From contig CAVSTY010000003.1 in assembly GCA_963731015.1 (NCBI GenBank), positions 403,745 through 467,744 on the forward strand: DNA of 64,000 nt. The letters run 5' to 3'. The notes under the pieces are model-generated. The model ran no database searches, was not told the origin of the DNA, and worked only from the letters and a program-made list of their open reading frames with translations. This DNA comes from an uncultured Actinomycetes bacterium (GTDB lineage Bacteria; Actinomycetota; Thermoleophilia; Gaiellales; Gaiellaceae). A program made the translations under genes and the position numbers. Each line of letters starts with the position of its first letter. Position 1 is the first letter of the stretch. This document shows positions 50,387 through 59,904 of the stretch, piece by piece.

Positions 50387-51174
50387 GCGACTTCGGGCTG
50401 CAGGACGACTTCGTCGGCACCTGCCACGGCGTCATCGCGACGATCGCGCCCGACGCCCACGTGATCGACGTCACGCACGGAATCCGCCCGGGCCACGTGC
50501 TCCAGGGAGCGCTCGCGCTGGCGAACACAGCGCCGTACATGCCCGCCGGCATCCAGCTCGCCGTCGTGGATCCTGGCGTGGGGAGCAGCCGACGCGCGCT
50601 CGCCCTCCGGGACCGGGACGGCCGGCTGTACGTCGGTCCGGACAACGGGCTCCTCCTGCCGGCCGCCGACCGCTTCGGCGGTGCGGCCGAGGTCCACGAG
50701 CTTGCGAACGCCGAGTACTCGTTGCAGCCGGTGTCCCGCACGTTTCATGGACGTGACCTGTTCGCGCCTGCCGCGGCTCACCTCGCTGCCGGCGTGGCGC
50801 TCGAGGAGCTCGGCCCGCCGCTCGACCCGGACGAGCTCGTGCGGGTCGATCTCCCGCAGCCAGAGGTGGGGCAGAACCGCATCCGTGCCGTCGCGCTGGT
50901 GGTCGACCGGTTCGGCAACGTCGCGCTCAACCTTCGGCGCGAGGATCTCGAGTACGTAGGGCTCGCCCCCGGCACCCGGGTCGAGCTCAGCTCCCGCGGC
51001 GAGCGGTTCTACGCCGTCTCAGCCCGCACGTTCGGGGATGCGCCACGCGGCTCACTGATCCTGTACGAGGACAGCTACGGCAGCCTCGCCCTAGCGGTCT
51101 CGCGGGGCAGTGCTGCTGAGCTGCTGCGCGTCGAGGAAGGCGCCGAGATCGTCCTCGACCTCGCGGCGCGGTGA
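50368..51174 (+). CDS. SAM hydrolase / SAM-dependent halogenase family protein (DUF62)
   Basis: FLSDFGLQDDFVG...VVDPGVGS...GPDNGLL...FHGRDLFAP. Confidence 0.85.
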   Translation: MVIAFLSDFGLQDDFVGTCHGVIATIAPDAHVIDVTHGIRPGHVLQGALALANTAPYMPAGIQLAVVDPGVGSSRRALALRDRDGRLYVGPDNGLLLPAADRFGGAAEVHELANAEYSLQPVSRTFHGRDLFAPAAAHLAAGVALEELGPPLDPDELVRVDLPQPEVGQNRIRAVALVVDRFGNVALNLRREDLEYVGLAPGTRVELSSRGERFYAVSARTFGDAPRGSLILYEDSYGSLALAVSRGSAAELLRVEEGAEIVLDLAAR

Positions 51175-51779
51175 TCGACGGCCAGCGTTTCGCCCGCTTC
51201 GTCACCGACGCGGTCGTCCGGCGGCCCGCGCTCTGGGGAGTGTTCCGCGGTCCGCTGCGCAAGATGTTCGACGACCTCGCGCCGACCTGGGAGACCCGGA
51301 TCGGGCCGCACCACCTCTGGGCGCTTGATCTCGCGCTCGAGGCGGTGCCCGCGCCGCGCCGTGTCCTCGATCTCGGCACCGGCACCGGCGTCGTCGCACT
51401 GGCGCTCGCCGAGCGCTATCCCGAGGCCGCAGTCGTCGGGATCGACCTCAGTCCCAGCATGATCGAGGAGGCCCGACTGAAGTTGCCGCCCGAGCTCGCG
51501 GACCGCGTGCGCTTCGAGGTCGGCGACGCCTCGGCGCTCGCCTGCCCGGACGGCGACTTCGACCTCGTCGTGCTCTCGAACATGATCCCGTTCTCCGGCG
51601 AGCTCGCCCGCGTCGTCGCGCCAGGAGGGACGCTCGTGCTCTCGTTCTCGCGGGGCGCCGAGACTCCGATCTACGTCGCGCCCGAGCGACTGCGCCGGGA
51701 GCTCGGCGGCCGGGGATTCGCGGAATTTGCAGAGTTTTCGGCCGACCCGGCCACGGCGCTCCGGGCGAAGAGGGAGTAG
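51171..51779 (+). CDS. Class I SAM-dependent methyltransferase
   Basis: VLDLGTGTGVVAL motif. Overlaps the upstream stop by 4 nt. Confidence 0.8.
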   Translation: MIDGQRFARFVTDAVVRRPALWGVFRGPLRKMFDDLAPTWETRIGPHHLWALDLALEAVPAPRRVLDLGTGTGVVALALAERYPEAAVVGIDLSPSMIEEARLKLPPELADRVRFEVGDASALACPDGDFDLVVLSNMIPFSGELARVVAPGGTLVLSFSRGAETPIYVAPERLRRELGGRGFAEFAEFSADPATALRAKRE

Positions 51780-51830
51780 GGTCCCAGCCAACGGTCGTCC
51801 GCGACACGGTTGCACCGGTCCGAACGGCCC

Positions 51831-51868
51831 GAGGCCCCCGAGCACGCGCAAGCGAGCATGGGGGCCTC
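51831..51868. terminator. Hairpin between convergent genes
   Basis: Perfect 9-bp stem GAGGCCCCC / GGGGGCCTC with a 20-nt loop, followed by ATTT. Confidence 0.45.
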
Positions 51869-51930
51869 ATTTCGTCGGTTGCTAGATGCCGTGCCCGCCG
51901 ACCCAGCTCACGTCCGGTTGGAGGAGGGAC

Positions 51931-52134
51931 TCACTGGATCCAGTCGGCTGCTGCCGTGTCGGTCTCCGTTTCGGTACCCGGCACGCCGATGGCGCTGTCG
52001 ACGGCCGGCGGGCTCCCCCCCGCAGCACGTTGCGCGGCAGCTTCTGCCTTCTTCACCCGCTTGCGCTCACGGCGCTCCTTCACCGCGAGCTCGCGTGCTC
52101 GCTTCGCGTGCGACTGCTGACTGCGACCGGCCAT
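51931..52134 (-). CDS. Hypothetical small basic protein
   Basis: MAGRSQQSHAKRARELAVKERRERKRVKK... AAGGAGG lies just upstream of the ATG at 52134. No family recognised. Confidence 0.45.
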   Translation of the reverse strand: MAGRSQQSHAKRARELAVKERRERKRVKKAEAAAQRAAGGSPPAVDSAIGVPGTETETDTAAADWIQ

Positions 52135-52212
52135 CGGCCTCCTTTCGAGTCGAGTTTGAGAAGCAGCTGCGGGGTCGGCGACCACCACAGCTGCCCTCTC
52201 CCGCGCTCAGGC

Positions 52213-52416
52213 CTACACCGGCGCGACGTTTGTCGCCTGCGGCCCCTTTTGGCCCTGCTCGGGCTCGTACTGCACCTTCGCGTTCTCAGCGAGCGTCTTG
52301 TAGCCCTCGCCGGCGATTGCGCTGTGGTGAACGAACAGATCCTCGCCGCCGTCGTCAGGAGTGATGAAGCCATACCCCTTGTCAGCGTTGAACCACTTCA
52401 CGGTTCCGGTTGCCAT
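52213..52416 (-). CDS. cspA: Cold-shock protein (CSD)
   Basis: [18 protein letters not shown]...DLFVHHSAI. Confidence 0.92.
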   Translation of the reverse strand: MATGTVKWFNADKGYGFITPDDGGEDLFVHHSAIAGEGYKTLAENAKVQYEPEQGQKGPQATNVAPV

Positions 52417-52746
52417 GGATGAAAGCACCTCCTCTGCTGTTCAGGAACGGGCAGAGGAAGCGCACCGCGCGCAACCGGTACTCGCTCAGATAGCCGGCCG
52501 ACCCTAGCAGGAGAGCACGGAAGCGCTCTGGGCTGACGCCCGCCTGGGCCAGTGTTCAGGAGTGTTCCCTGACGATGATCGGCTGCGTACACGCCTGCGC
52601 CCCTGGCCGTTCGTAGACGCGGATCAGATCGGGACCGAACAGCTGGTCGAGCTTGGCCTGAGCGTCGAGTCCGTCTCTCTCGACTAAGGCCCGCACCTAC
52701 CCGTCGGATTACCGGTATCAACGGTTCGTGAAGGCTTGGAGAAAGG
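52417..52746 (-). promoter_or_regulatory. Long untranslated region upstream of cspA (promoter plus probable 5' leader)
   Basis: 330 nt without a convincing ORF between tRNA-Phe and cspA. Long structured leaders are typical of csp genes. Confidence 0.4.
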
Positions 52747-52819
52747 TGGCGAGGGCCGGACTCGAACCGGCGACACCCCGGTTTTCAGCCGAGTGCTCTA
52801 CCAGCTGAGCTACCTCGCC
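52747..52819 (-). tRNA. tRNA-Phe (anticodon GAA)
   Basis: The reverse complement folds as GGCGAGG...CTGAAAA...TTCGAGT...CCTCGCC-A. Confidence 0.9.
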
Positions 52820-52881
52820 GCGGCTGGGCGGCGGTCAGTGTAGCCGGGGGCCCCTCCACCGCGAGCGTTAGCCTCCCCGCC

Positions 52882-53796
52882 GTGAGCGTTGAGCACCCCG
52901 TGCGCGAGATCGACGTGATCGGCGCTCCGCTCGACCTCGGGGCGGGGCGTCGCGGCGTCGATATGGGGCCATCCGCGATCCGCTACGCAGGCCTCGAGCA
53001 GCAACTCGCCGACAAACTCGGCGTACGGGTCAACGACGCGGGCAACGTCATCTCGCCCGTGGTGGAGACGACCGATATGGGCGACTCTCACGCGCGCTAT
53101 CTCTCGCAGATCCTCGACCTCTGCGACCGGCTGTCGACGCTCGTCGCCGAGGTGGCCGGACGTGGCTCGCTGCCGCTCGTCCTCGGCGGCGACCATTCGG
53201 TTGCGCTCGGCTCGCTCGTGGGAATGGCCAAGGTGCGCGGCTCGGGCGGCGTGGTCTGGATCGACGCCCACGGCGACCTCAACACCCCCGCGACGTCGCC
53301 GAGCGGCAACGTCCACGGGATGGTGCTCGCCGCGGCGCTCGGGCTCGCCGGCGACGCGTTCCGGCGCGACGGCTGGCCGTTGCCGGCGGTGGAGCCGGGG
53401 AAGGTCGCGCTCGTCGGAGTTCGGTCGCTCGACGACGGCGAGCGGAAGCTGCTGAACGGGCTCGACGTGAAGGTCTTCACGATGAGCGAGATCGACCGGA
53501 TCGGGATCGAGCCGTGCATGCGCGAGGCGCTTGCGCACGCGGCCGGCGCGACGTTCCTCCACGCCTCGCTCGACATGGACGTCATCGACCCCGACTACGC
53601 CCCCGGGGTGGGCACCCCGGTGCGCGGCGGGCTCTCGTACCGCGAGGCGCACCTCGCGCTGGAGACGGTCGCGGAGTCCGAGCTCATCGACTCGATGGAC
53701 GTCGTCGAGGTCAATCCGATCCTCGACCGTGAGAACGCCACCGGGCAGCTCGCCGTCGAGCTCGTGGCCTCGGCGCTCGGCGCTCGCATCCTCTAG
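52882..53796 (+). CDS. rocF: Arginase
   Basis: Canonical GGDHS, DAHGDLNTP and SLDMDVIDP motifs. Confidence 0.9.
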   Translation: MSVEHPVREIDVIGAPLDLGAGRRGVDMGPSAIRYAGLEQQLADKLGVRVNDAGNVISPVVETTDMGDSHARYLSQILDLCDRLSTLVAEVAGRGSLPLVLGGDHSVALGSLVGMAKVRGSGGVVWIDAHGDLNTPATSPSGNVHGMVLAAALGLAGDAFRRDGWPLPAVEPGKVALVGVRSLDDGERKLLNGLDVKVFTMSEIDRIGIEPCMREALAHAAGATFLHASLDMDVIDPDYAPGVGTPVRGGLSYREAHLALETVAESELIDSMDVVEVNPILDRENATGQLAVELVASALGARIL

Positions 53797-53798
53797 AC

Positions 53799-54308
53799 GT
53801 GGAGCTCGAGGTTCGGGACGGCGACATCGCCGACGTGGAGGCCGACGGGATTGCGAATGCCGCGAACGACCACCTGTGGATGGGCGCCGGCGTAGCGGGT
53901 GCGTTGGCGGCGGCCGGCGGCGAGGTCATCGAACAGGAGGCAATGGCGCAGGGGCCGATCGAACTCGGAACGGCGATCGCGACGACTGCCGGGAACCTCA
54001 ACGCCCGGTACGTCATCCACGGCGCTGCGATGGGACAGGACCTGCGCACCGACGCTGATCTCATCGCCCGTACAACGCGCTCCTGCCTCGAGGTCGCGGA
54101 CGAGCTCGGCTGCCGTTCGCTTGCGCTGCCCGCCTTCGGCACCGGAGTCGGCGGCTTTCCATTGGCCGATTGCGCCCGGATCATGGTCGCGGAGGCTCGG
54201 ATCTTCCCGGCCCGGTCGCTCGAGCGCCTGATCTTCGCCGTCTACGGCGGCAAGGCCTACGACGCGTTCTCGTCGGCGCTCTCCTCGCCCGAGCCCGAGG
54301 GCTCGTAG
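53799..54308 (+). CDS. Macro-domain protein (ADP-ribose binding/hydrolase)
   Basis: ANAANDHLWMGAGVAGAL...YVIHGAAMG. Confidence 0.85.
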   Translation: MELEVRDGDIADVEADGIANAANDHLWMGAGVAGALAAAGGEVIEQEAMAQGPIELGTAIATTAGNLNARYVIHGAAMGQDLRTDADLIARTTRSCLEVADELGCRSLALPAFGTGVGGFPLADCARIMVAEARIFPARSLERLIFAVYGGKAYDAFSSALSSPEPEGS

Positions 54309-55516
54309 TAGCGCCGTCCCTCGAGCTCCTCCGGGAGGTAGCTCGTCTCGAAGCCCTGCGGGTCGTCGTGCGGATAGACGTAGCCCTCGCCGTGGCCGAG
54401 CCGGCGGCCGTACCAGGAGCCGTCGCGCAAGGCCTTCGGCGGTCGAGCCGCTCCGCGTTCCTGCACGTCGGCCGTGGCCCGGTTCAGCGCCATGTAGCTC
54501 GCGTTCGACTTCGGCGCGCGGGCGAGGTAGATCACGGCCTGCGAGAGGTTGAGGCGCGCCTCGGGCAGGCCGACGTGCTCCACCGCCTGCGCCGCCGCGA
54601 CGGCTATGAGGAGCGCGCGCGGGTCGGCGTTGCCGATGTCCTCGGAGGCGAGCACGATCATTCGCCGCGCGATGAAGCGCGCGTCCTCGCCGCCCTCGAG
54701 CATCGCCGCGAGGTAGTAGACGGCCGCGTCGGCGTCGCTGCCGCGCATCGACTTGATGAAGGCGGACGTGTAGTCGTAGTGCGCGTTGCCGGTCTTGTCG
54801 TAAACGAGCGGCGGCTTGCGCGCAGCGTCCTCGACGTTTGCTGCGCTGATTGCGCCGTCGGCGGTTTCGTTCGCCAGCTCGACGATGTTGAGTGCGGTGC
54901 GAGCGTCGCCGCCGGAACGGTGCGCGATCAGCTCGACGACCTCGTCGGACGCTTCGCCGCCGACCTCGCCGAGTCCGCGGTGGACGACGACGGCCATCTC
55001 ATCCGGCGTCAGTGCTTCGAGCTCGTAGACCTGCGTGCGCGAGATGAGCGCCGAGTTGACCTCGTAGTACGGGTTCTCCGTCGTCGCGCCGATCAGCGTC
55101 ACGAGTCCCGACTCGACCCCCGGCAGCAGTGCGTCCTGCTGCGCCTTGTTGAAGCGGTGGATCTCGTCGAGGAAAAGGATCGTGCGGCGGCCGGTGGTGC
55201 CGAGCCGCTCCTTCGCTCGCGCGAGCACCTCGCGCACGTCCTTCACCGTCGCTGACACGGCCGACAGCTCCTCGAACGCCGCGCCGGTCGAGGCCGCCAC
55301 GATTCGCGCGAGCGTCGTCTTGCCGCTCCCCGGCGGCCCGTAGAGGATCGAGGAGTGGACGCGGTCCTCCTCGATCGCGCGCCGCAGAGCCGAGCCCTCG
55401 CCCAGCACGTGCGCCTGGCCGACGAACTCGCCGAGCGACTCCGGCCGGAGCCGCTGCGCGAGCGGCGCGACCTCGCGTGCGTGCCGGTCGGCGGCGTCGG
55501 AGAAGAGGTCACCCAC
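54257..55516 (-). CDS. rarA: Replication-associated recombination protein RarA/MgsA
   Basis: [13 protein letters not shown] and [20 protein letters not shown] start at 55516. Confidence 0.9.
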   Translation of the reverse strand: MGDLFSDAADRHAREVAPLAQRLRPESLGEFVGQAHVLGEGSALRRAIEEDRVHSSILYGPPGSGKTTLARIVAASTGAAFEELSAVSATVKDVREVLARAKERLGTTGRRTILFLDEIHRFNKAQQDALLPGVESGLVTLIGATTENPYYEVNSALISRTQVYELEALTPDEMAVVVHRGLGEVGGEASDEVVELIAHRSGGDARTALNIVELANETADGAISAANVEDAARKPPLVYDKTGNAHYDYTSAFIKSMRGSDADAAVYYLAAMLEGGEDARFIARRMIVLASEDIGNADPRALLIAVAAAQAVEHVGLPEARLNLSQAVIYLARAPKSNASYMALNRATADVQERGAARPPKALRDGSWYGRRLGHGEGYVYPHDDPQGFETSYLPEELEGRRYYEPSGSGEESADENAS

Positions 55517-55525
55517 GACGGCAGT

Positions 55526-56275
55526 ATGCTCGGCCGCGTGTCTGTTGCCGACTCGTGGAGCGGGGCGAGCTACGAGCGCATCGCGGAGACCTTTGCACCG
55601 ATCCACGATCGCGTCGTCGCGGCGCTCGCGATCGAGCCCGGCGCCCGCGTCCTCGACGTCGCGTGCGGGACCGGCGGCGTGGCATTGCGAGCCGCACAGG
55701 CAGGGGCGGACGTCGTCGGCATCGACATCTCGGCCGACCAGCTCGCGAAGGCGCGACGCGCCGCGGAGGAGGAGGGACTCGCGATCCGCTTCGACGAAGG
55801 CGACTGCCAGGAGCTGCCGTACGGGGACGCCGAGTTCGACTTGGTCGCCTCCGCCTTCGGCGCGATCTTCGCGGACGACCAGGAGCGCACGGCGGCCGAG
55901 CTCGCCCGGGTCTGCCGGACGGACGGACGTCTGGCCATCACCGCCTGGCAAAAGGACCCGTGGTCCGACCTGCACACCAAGGCGGGCCGGCCGCAGTACG
56001 ACGTGGACGCCCGCAGGTGGGGAGAGGAGGAGTACGTCCGGGCGCTGCTCGGCGCTGCGTTCGCACTCGAGCTCGAGCGCGGCACGTGGCGCATCGAGGC
56101 GGATTCCGGCGAGGCGCTCTGGGAGCTCGTCTCGACCTCGATGCCGCCGCTGCGCGCGTGGCTCGCGAGCGTCGACGAGCAGACGCAGGCCCACGCCGAG
56201 CAGGTCTATCTCGACTTCCTTGCGTCGGGTGTCCTCGCGCGCGACTACGTCCTCGTGCTAGGAACGCGCCGATGA
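55526..56275 (+). CDS. Class I SAM-dependent methyltransferase
   Basis: VLDVACGTGGVAL motif. ATG at 55526. Confidence 0.8.
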   Translation: MLGRVSVADSWSGASYERIAETFAPIHDRVVAALAIEPGARVLDVACGTGGVALRAAQAGADVVGIDISADQLAKARRAAEEEGLAIRFDEGDCQELPYGDAEFDLVASAFGAIFADDQERTAAELARVCRTDGRLAITAWQKDPWSDLHTKAGRPQYDVDARRWGEEEYVRALLGAAFALELERGTWRIEADSGEALWELVSTSMPPLRAWLASVDEQTQAHAEQVYLDFLASGVLARDYVLVLGTRR

Positions 56276-57579
56276 ACGCGACGGCTCTCCGGGACGAGGT
56301 CACCGACCTCCTCCAACGTCTGATCCAGGTCGACACGACGAATCCGCCCGGAAACGAGACCGCCGCGGCCGAGCTGCTGCGCGACTATCTCGAGGCGAAC
56401 GGCATCGCCTGCGAGCTGATAGCGCGAGTGCCCGAGCGGGCGAACCTCATCGCGCGGATCCCGGGCGACGACGGGCCGTCGCTCCTCTTGCTCGGGCACA
56501 CGGACGTCGTGCTCGCCGACCCGGCCGAGTGGTCGCTGCCGCCGTTCTCGGGTGAGCTGCGGGACGGAATGGTCTGGGGGCGTGGCGCGATCGACATGAA
56601 GAGCCAGGTCGCGGCGAACGCGGTCGCCTTCGCGTCGCTCGCGCGCGAGGGATTCCGACCAAGCGGCGACCTGATCTTCGCCGCCACGGCCGACGAGGAG
56701 AACGGCACGGGCTTCGGTCTCGAGTGGCTGGTCGAGGAGCATCCCGAGGCCGTTCGCTGCGATTTCTCGATCAACGAGGGAGGCGGCGACCGGGTCGAGC
56801 TCGAGGACGGCCGGGCGATCTACCAGGCGACGGTGGCGGAGAAGATGACCGCTCCTTTCCGGATCCTGGTCAAGGGCCGTTCGGGACACGCGTCGATGCC
56901 GCGCATCGCCGACAACGCGCTCGTCAACGCAACACGGTTGATCGACCGAATCGCTGAGTATCGGCCGGAACCGCAACTCGGCCCCGAGGTCGAGGGCTTC
57001 ATGCAAGCGGTGTTCGGTGAGGTTCCGCCCGCGGCGCAGGTGGTGGCGCGCGTTGCGCCTCTGTCACCGGTCGTCGCGGTTGTCCTCGACGCGTTGCTGG
57101 CACCGACGTTCTCGCCGACGATGATCTCCGCTTCGCAGAAGCGCAACGTCATACCCGCACTCTGCGGAGTCGAGGTCGACTGCCGACTCCTGCCCGGCCA
57201 GCATCCCGAGCACGTCGAACCCATGATCCGCGCCGTGCTGGGCGGCGACGTCGACTACGACCTCGAGTGGGTCGAGGGTGCGCACGGCGGCACTCGCTCG
57301 TCGCTCGACACGCCGCTGTGGCGCGCGGTCGAGGACTGGGTGGCCGAAACCGAGCCGGGAGCGCTCGCCACTCCACTCGCGTGCGTGGGCTTCACCGACA
57401 GCCACTGGCTGCGCCAGGCGTTCGGCACCGTCGCATACGGCTTCTTCCCCACCACGGGCGAGCTGCCGCCCGAAGTGGCCGCGGGGCTCGTCCATTCCGC
57501 GGACGAGCGCATCCCGGTCTCCGATCTCGAGGCCGGGGTCAGCTGGCTGCGTTACGCGGCGCGCGCCGTCCTCTCGTAG
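56272..57579 (+). CDS. M20/M25/M40-family metallopeptidase
   Basis: LLLLGHTDVV...GAIDMK...ADEENG. The ATG overlaps the upstream stop. Confidence 0.85.
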   Translation: MNATALRDEVTDLLQRLIQVDTTNPPGNETAAAELLRDYLEANGIACELIARVPERANLIARIPGDDGPSLLLLGHTDVVLADPAEWSLPPFSGELRDGMVWGRGAIDMKSQVAANAVAFASLAREGFRPSGDLIFAATADEENGTGFGLEWLVEEHPEAVRCDFSINEGGGDRVELEDGRAIYQATVAEKMTAPFRILVKGRSGHASMPRIADNALVNATRLIDRIAEYRPEPQLGPEVEGFMQAVFGEVPPAAQVVARVAPLSPVVAVVLDALLAPTFSPTMISASQKRNVIPALCGVEVDCRLLPGQHPEHVEPMIRAVLGGDVDYDLEWVEGAHGGTRSSLDTPLWRAVEDWVAETEPGALATPLACVGFTDSHWLRQAFGTVAYGFFPTTGELPPEVAAGLVHSADERIPVSDLEAGVSWLRYAARAVLS

Positions 57580-57599
57580 CGCCACTACCCTTTGACGCG

Positions 57600-58385
57600 A
57601 TGGCCAAGGAGAAGATCCGGCTCGGCGGCATGGCTCTGCCGAACGGCGTGCTCGTGCACGGGCCGCACGCCTGGGCGTGCGCGATCCGCCACGACGACGG
57701 CCGGATCGAGGTCGTCTCGGCGCGGAAACGGCTCCAGGCGTCGAAGATCCAGAACCCGTTGTTCCGCGGGCCTGCACGGCTCGCCGAGGCCCTGGCGCTG
57801 CTGCCCCAGATCAAGGTGAAGCTCCCGGCGGCGAAGCTGCCGCTGGAGAGTCCGCGGACGCTCACCTCGATGCTCGGCGCCGCGGTGGTCGTCCGCGGTC
57901 TGCGCGAATCGGGCCTGCGGCCGCTCGCGCGGGAGCTCCTGTCGGCGCTCGTCTCCGTTGCGCCGGCCGTGCTGGCGCTCCGCGGCGGCGAGCTCGCGGC
58001 CTACCACGGCGCGGAGCACATCTCGATCGGCAGCTACGAGCACGGGAAGCGCGCGACGCGCGAGCACGAACGCTGTGGCGGGCATCTCGTCGGGCCGCTC
58101 ATCGTCACGTCCGCGGTCGGCAATGTTCTCGCCGGTCTTGCTCCCGAGCGGCATCGGCGTCAAGCGCAGGCCGCGGCCCAGATCGGGTCGATCGCCGCGG
58201 CCACGGAGCTCTTCGGCTGGATGACGCGCCACCCGGATCGCCTGCTGTCCCGGGCACTGTCGAAGCCGGGGCACGAGCTTCAGCACCGCTTCTCGACCGC
58301 CGAGCCGAGTGCTGCGCAGCTCGAGGTGGCCGAGGCGGCGCTCAAGGCGTGCCTCGAGCTCGAGCATGCCGAGCGCGCCGCGTAG
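57600..58385 (+). CDS. DUF1385 domain protein
   Basis: GGMALPNGVLVHG...YHGAEH...CGGHLV. Confidence 0.8.
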   Translation: MAKEKIRLGGMALPNGVLVHGPHAWACAIRHDDGRIEVVSARKRLQASKIQNPLFRGPARLAEALALLPQIKVKLPAAKLPLESPRTLTSMLGAAVVVRGLRESGLRPLARELLSALVSVAPAVLALRGGELAAYHGAEHISIGSYEHGKRATREHERCGGHLVGPLIVTSAVGNVLAGLAPERHRRQAQAAAQIGSIAAATELFGWMTRHPDRLLSRALSKPGHELQHRFSTAEPSAAQLEVAEAALKACLELEHAERAA

Positions 58386-59448
58386 GCGGCGTCTCGCTCC
58401 CGAAGTCTTCGACCTCCCGGTCGAGAAGATGCGCGCGGGGTGGTACACCGACGCGTACTTCAACCACACCCGCGCGACGCTCCTGGCCGACGGCCGCCGT
58501 CCCCGGGTCGTCGTCCAGGTCTTCCAGAAGAACGACGCGTGGCTCGGCGGGGTGGACGAGGCGATCGCGATCCTCCGGGTCTGCGCGGACGAGCCGGACG
58601 GGCTGACGATCCGCGCCCTCCACGACGGCGACCGGCTCGAGCCCCGGGAGACGGTGCTGACGATCGAGGGCGACTACACGACGTTCGCGCACCTCGAGAC
58701 CGCCTACCTCGGCACGCTTGCGCGACGGACACTGATCACGACCAACGTCGTGCACGTGCTCGAGGCGGCGAACGGCAAGCCGCTCATCTTCATGCCGGCG
58801 CGCTTCGACCACCACCGCGTGCAGGCGGGCGACGGCTACGCGGCGTATGTCGCGGGACAGGTCACGGGCTGCGAGATCGGGGTCACGAGCGACGAGCAGG
58901 CGTCCTGGTGGGGCGGACGCGCACTCGGCACGGTGCCGCACTCGCTCATCGCGGCCTACGGCGGGGACACCGTTCTCGCCGCGCGCAAGTTCGCGGACTG
59001 GGCTCCGCCGGACATGTCCGTGACCGTGCTCGTCGACTTCGAGAACGACTCGCTGCGCACGGCGCTCGAGGTGGCCGAGGCGCTGGACGACCGGCTCTGG
59101 GGCGTCCGGCTCGACACGTCCGAGTCGCTCGTCGACCGCTCGCTTTGGGACGAGATGGGCGACTTCAAGCCCACCGGAGTGAACGAGCGGCTCGTGCGCA
59201 AGACTCGCGACGCACTCGACGCGGGCGGATTCGGCCACGTCCGGATCGTCGTCTCCGGCGGCTTCACCGTCGAAAAGATTCGCGCGTTCGAGGAGAGCGG
59301 CGTACCGGTGGACGCGTACGGCGTCGGCTCCTCGCTCATCCGCGGCGCCAACGACTTCACCGCCGACGTCGTCATGACGGATGGGCAGCCGTCCGGGAAG
59401 TTCGGGCGCCACCTGCGCAACAATCCGCGGCTCGAGCCAGTCGACTGA
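58366..59448 (+). CDS. Nicotinate phosphoribosyltransferase-family protein
   Basis: WYTDAYFNHT...TVPHSLIA...LDTSESL...VSGGF. Confidence 0.8.
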   Translation: MPSAPRRRRLAPEVFDLPVEKMRAGWYTDAYFNHTRATLLADGRRPRVVVQVFQKNDAWLGGVDEAIAILRVCADEPDGLTIRALHDGDRLEPRETVLTIEGDYTTFAHLETAYLGTLARRTLITTNVVHVLEAANGKPLIFMPARFDHHRVQAGDGYAAYVAGQVTGCEIGVTSDEQASWWGGRALGTVPHSLIAAYGGDTVLAARKFADWAPPDMSVTVLVDFENDSLRTALEVAEALDDRLWGVRLDTSESLVDRSLWDEMGDFKPTGVNERLVRKTRDALDAGGFGHVRIVVSGGFTVEKIRAFEESGVPVDAYGVGSSLIRGANDFTADVVMTDGQPSGKFGRHLRNNPRLEPVD

Positions 59449-59450
59449 CG

Positions 59451-59870
59451 CTAGCGCGGATACAGCTGCACGCTGAGGCGCGGCGGAGAGTAGCTCTGGC
59501 AGTTGCTGCGGCTGAACTTCGCCAGCACGCGAGCGCGGAGGGTCCCCACCTCAGTCGCCTGGACGAACGAAAGGCTCTGGCGGTGCTCTCGCCGGAAGGG
59601 GAACCAGACCGTCGGCCCGTCCGGCTGGGCCGTCCGTCGCTGCGTGAGCCGGGCGACTCGGTACGTGACGCTGGTCGTCGCCGCATCCCGAAACACGCGG
59701 ATCCCGAGCGACCACTCCGGCGCGCGGTAGTGGACGCAGTCGTACCGCCAGTAGACGGTGCCGACGCTTGCGACCGCCGTCAGGACGTAGGGCTTCTGCC
59801 GTCCGGCTGCGGCGGAGCTCGGAAGCAGTACGACGGCAGCCACCGCGCCGAGGAAGAACGCCGCTTTCAC
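59451..59870 (-). CDS. Secreted hypothetical protein
   Basis: 139-aa ORF with an N-terminal signal-like sequence MKAAFFLGAVAAVVLLPSSAAA. Confidence 0.55.
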   Translation of the reverse strand: MKAAFFLGAVAAVVLLPSSAAAGRQKPYVLTAVASVGTVYWRYDCVHYRAPEWSLGIRVFRDAATTSVTYRVARLTQRRTAQPDGPTVWFPFRREHRQSLSFVQATEVGTLRARVLAKFSRSNCQSYSPPRLSVQLYPR

Positions 59871-59904
59871 ACAAGAGATACGCGCGACCCCGTCTCAGGA
59901 GTCC

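Noticed and set aside
52398-52721. 107-aa minus-strand ORF upstream of and overlapping cspA.
   Set aside because: It is Arg/Gly/Pro-rich, matches no family, and overlaps the well-supported cspA start. It is treated as leader RNA.
52882-53796. Second arginase-family gene, considered as evidence of a recent duplication or transfer with 10109..10876.
   Set aside because: The two proteins share only the fold motifs. This one is a canonical arginase (GGDHS), while the other is highly divergent with a Zn ribbon. They are not recent duplicates.
54257-54308. 52-nt convergent overlap of the macro-domain gene and rarA 3' ends.
   Set aside because: Tail-to-tail overlaps of this size are common in compact high-GC genomes, and no additional signal was seen.
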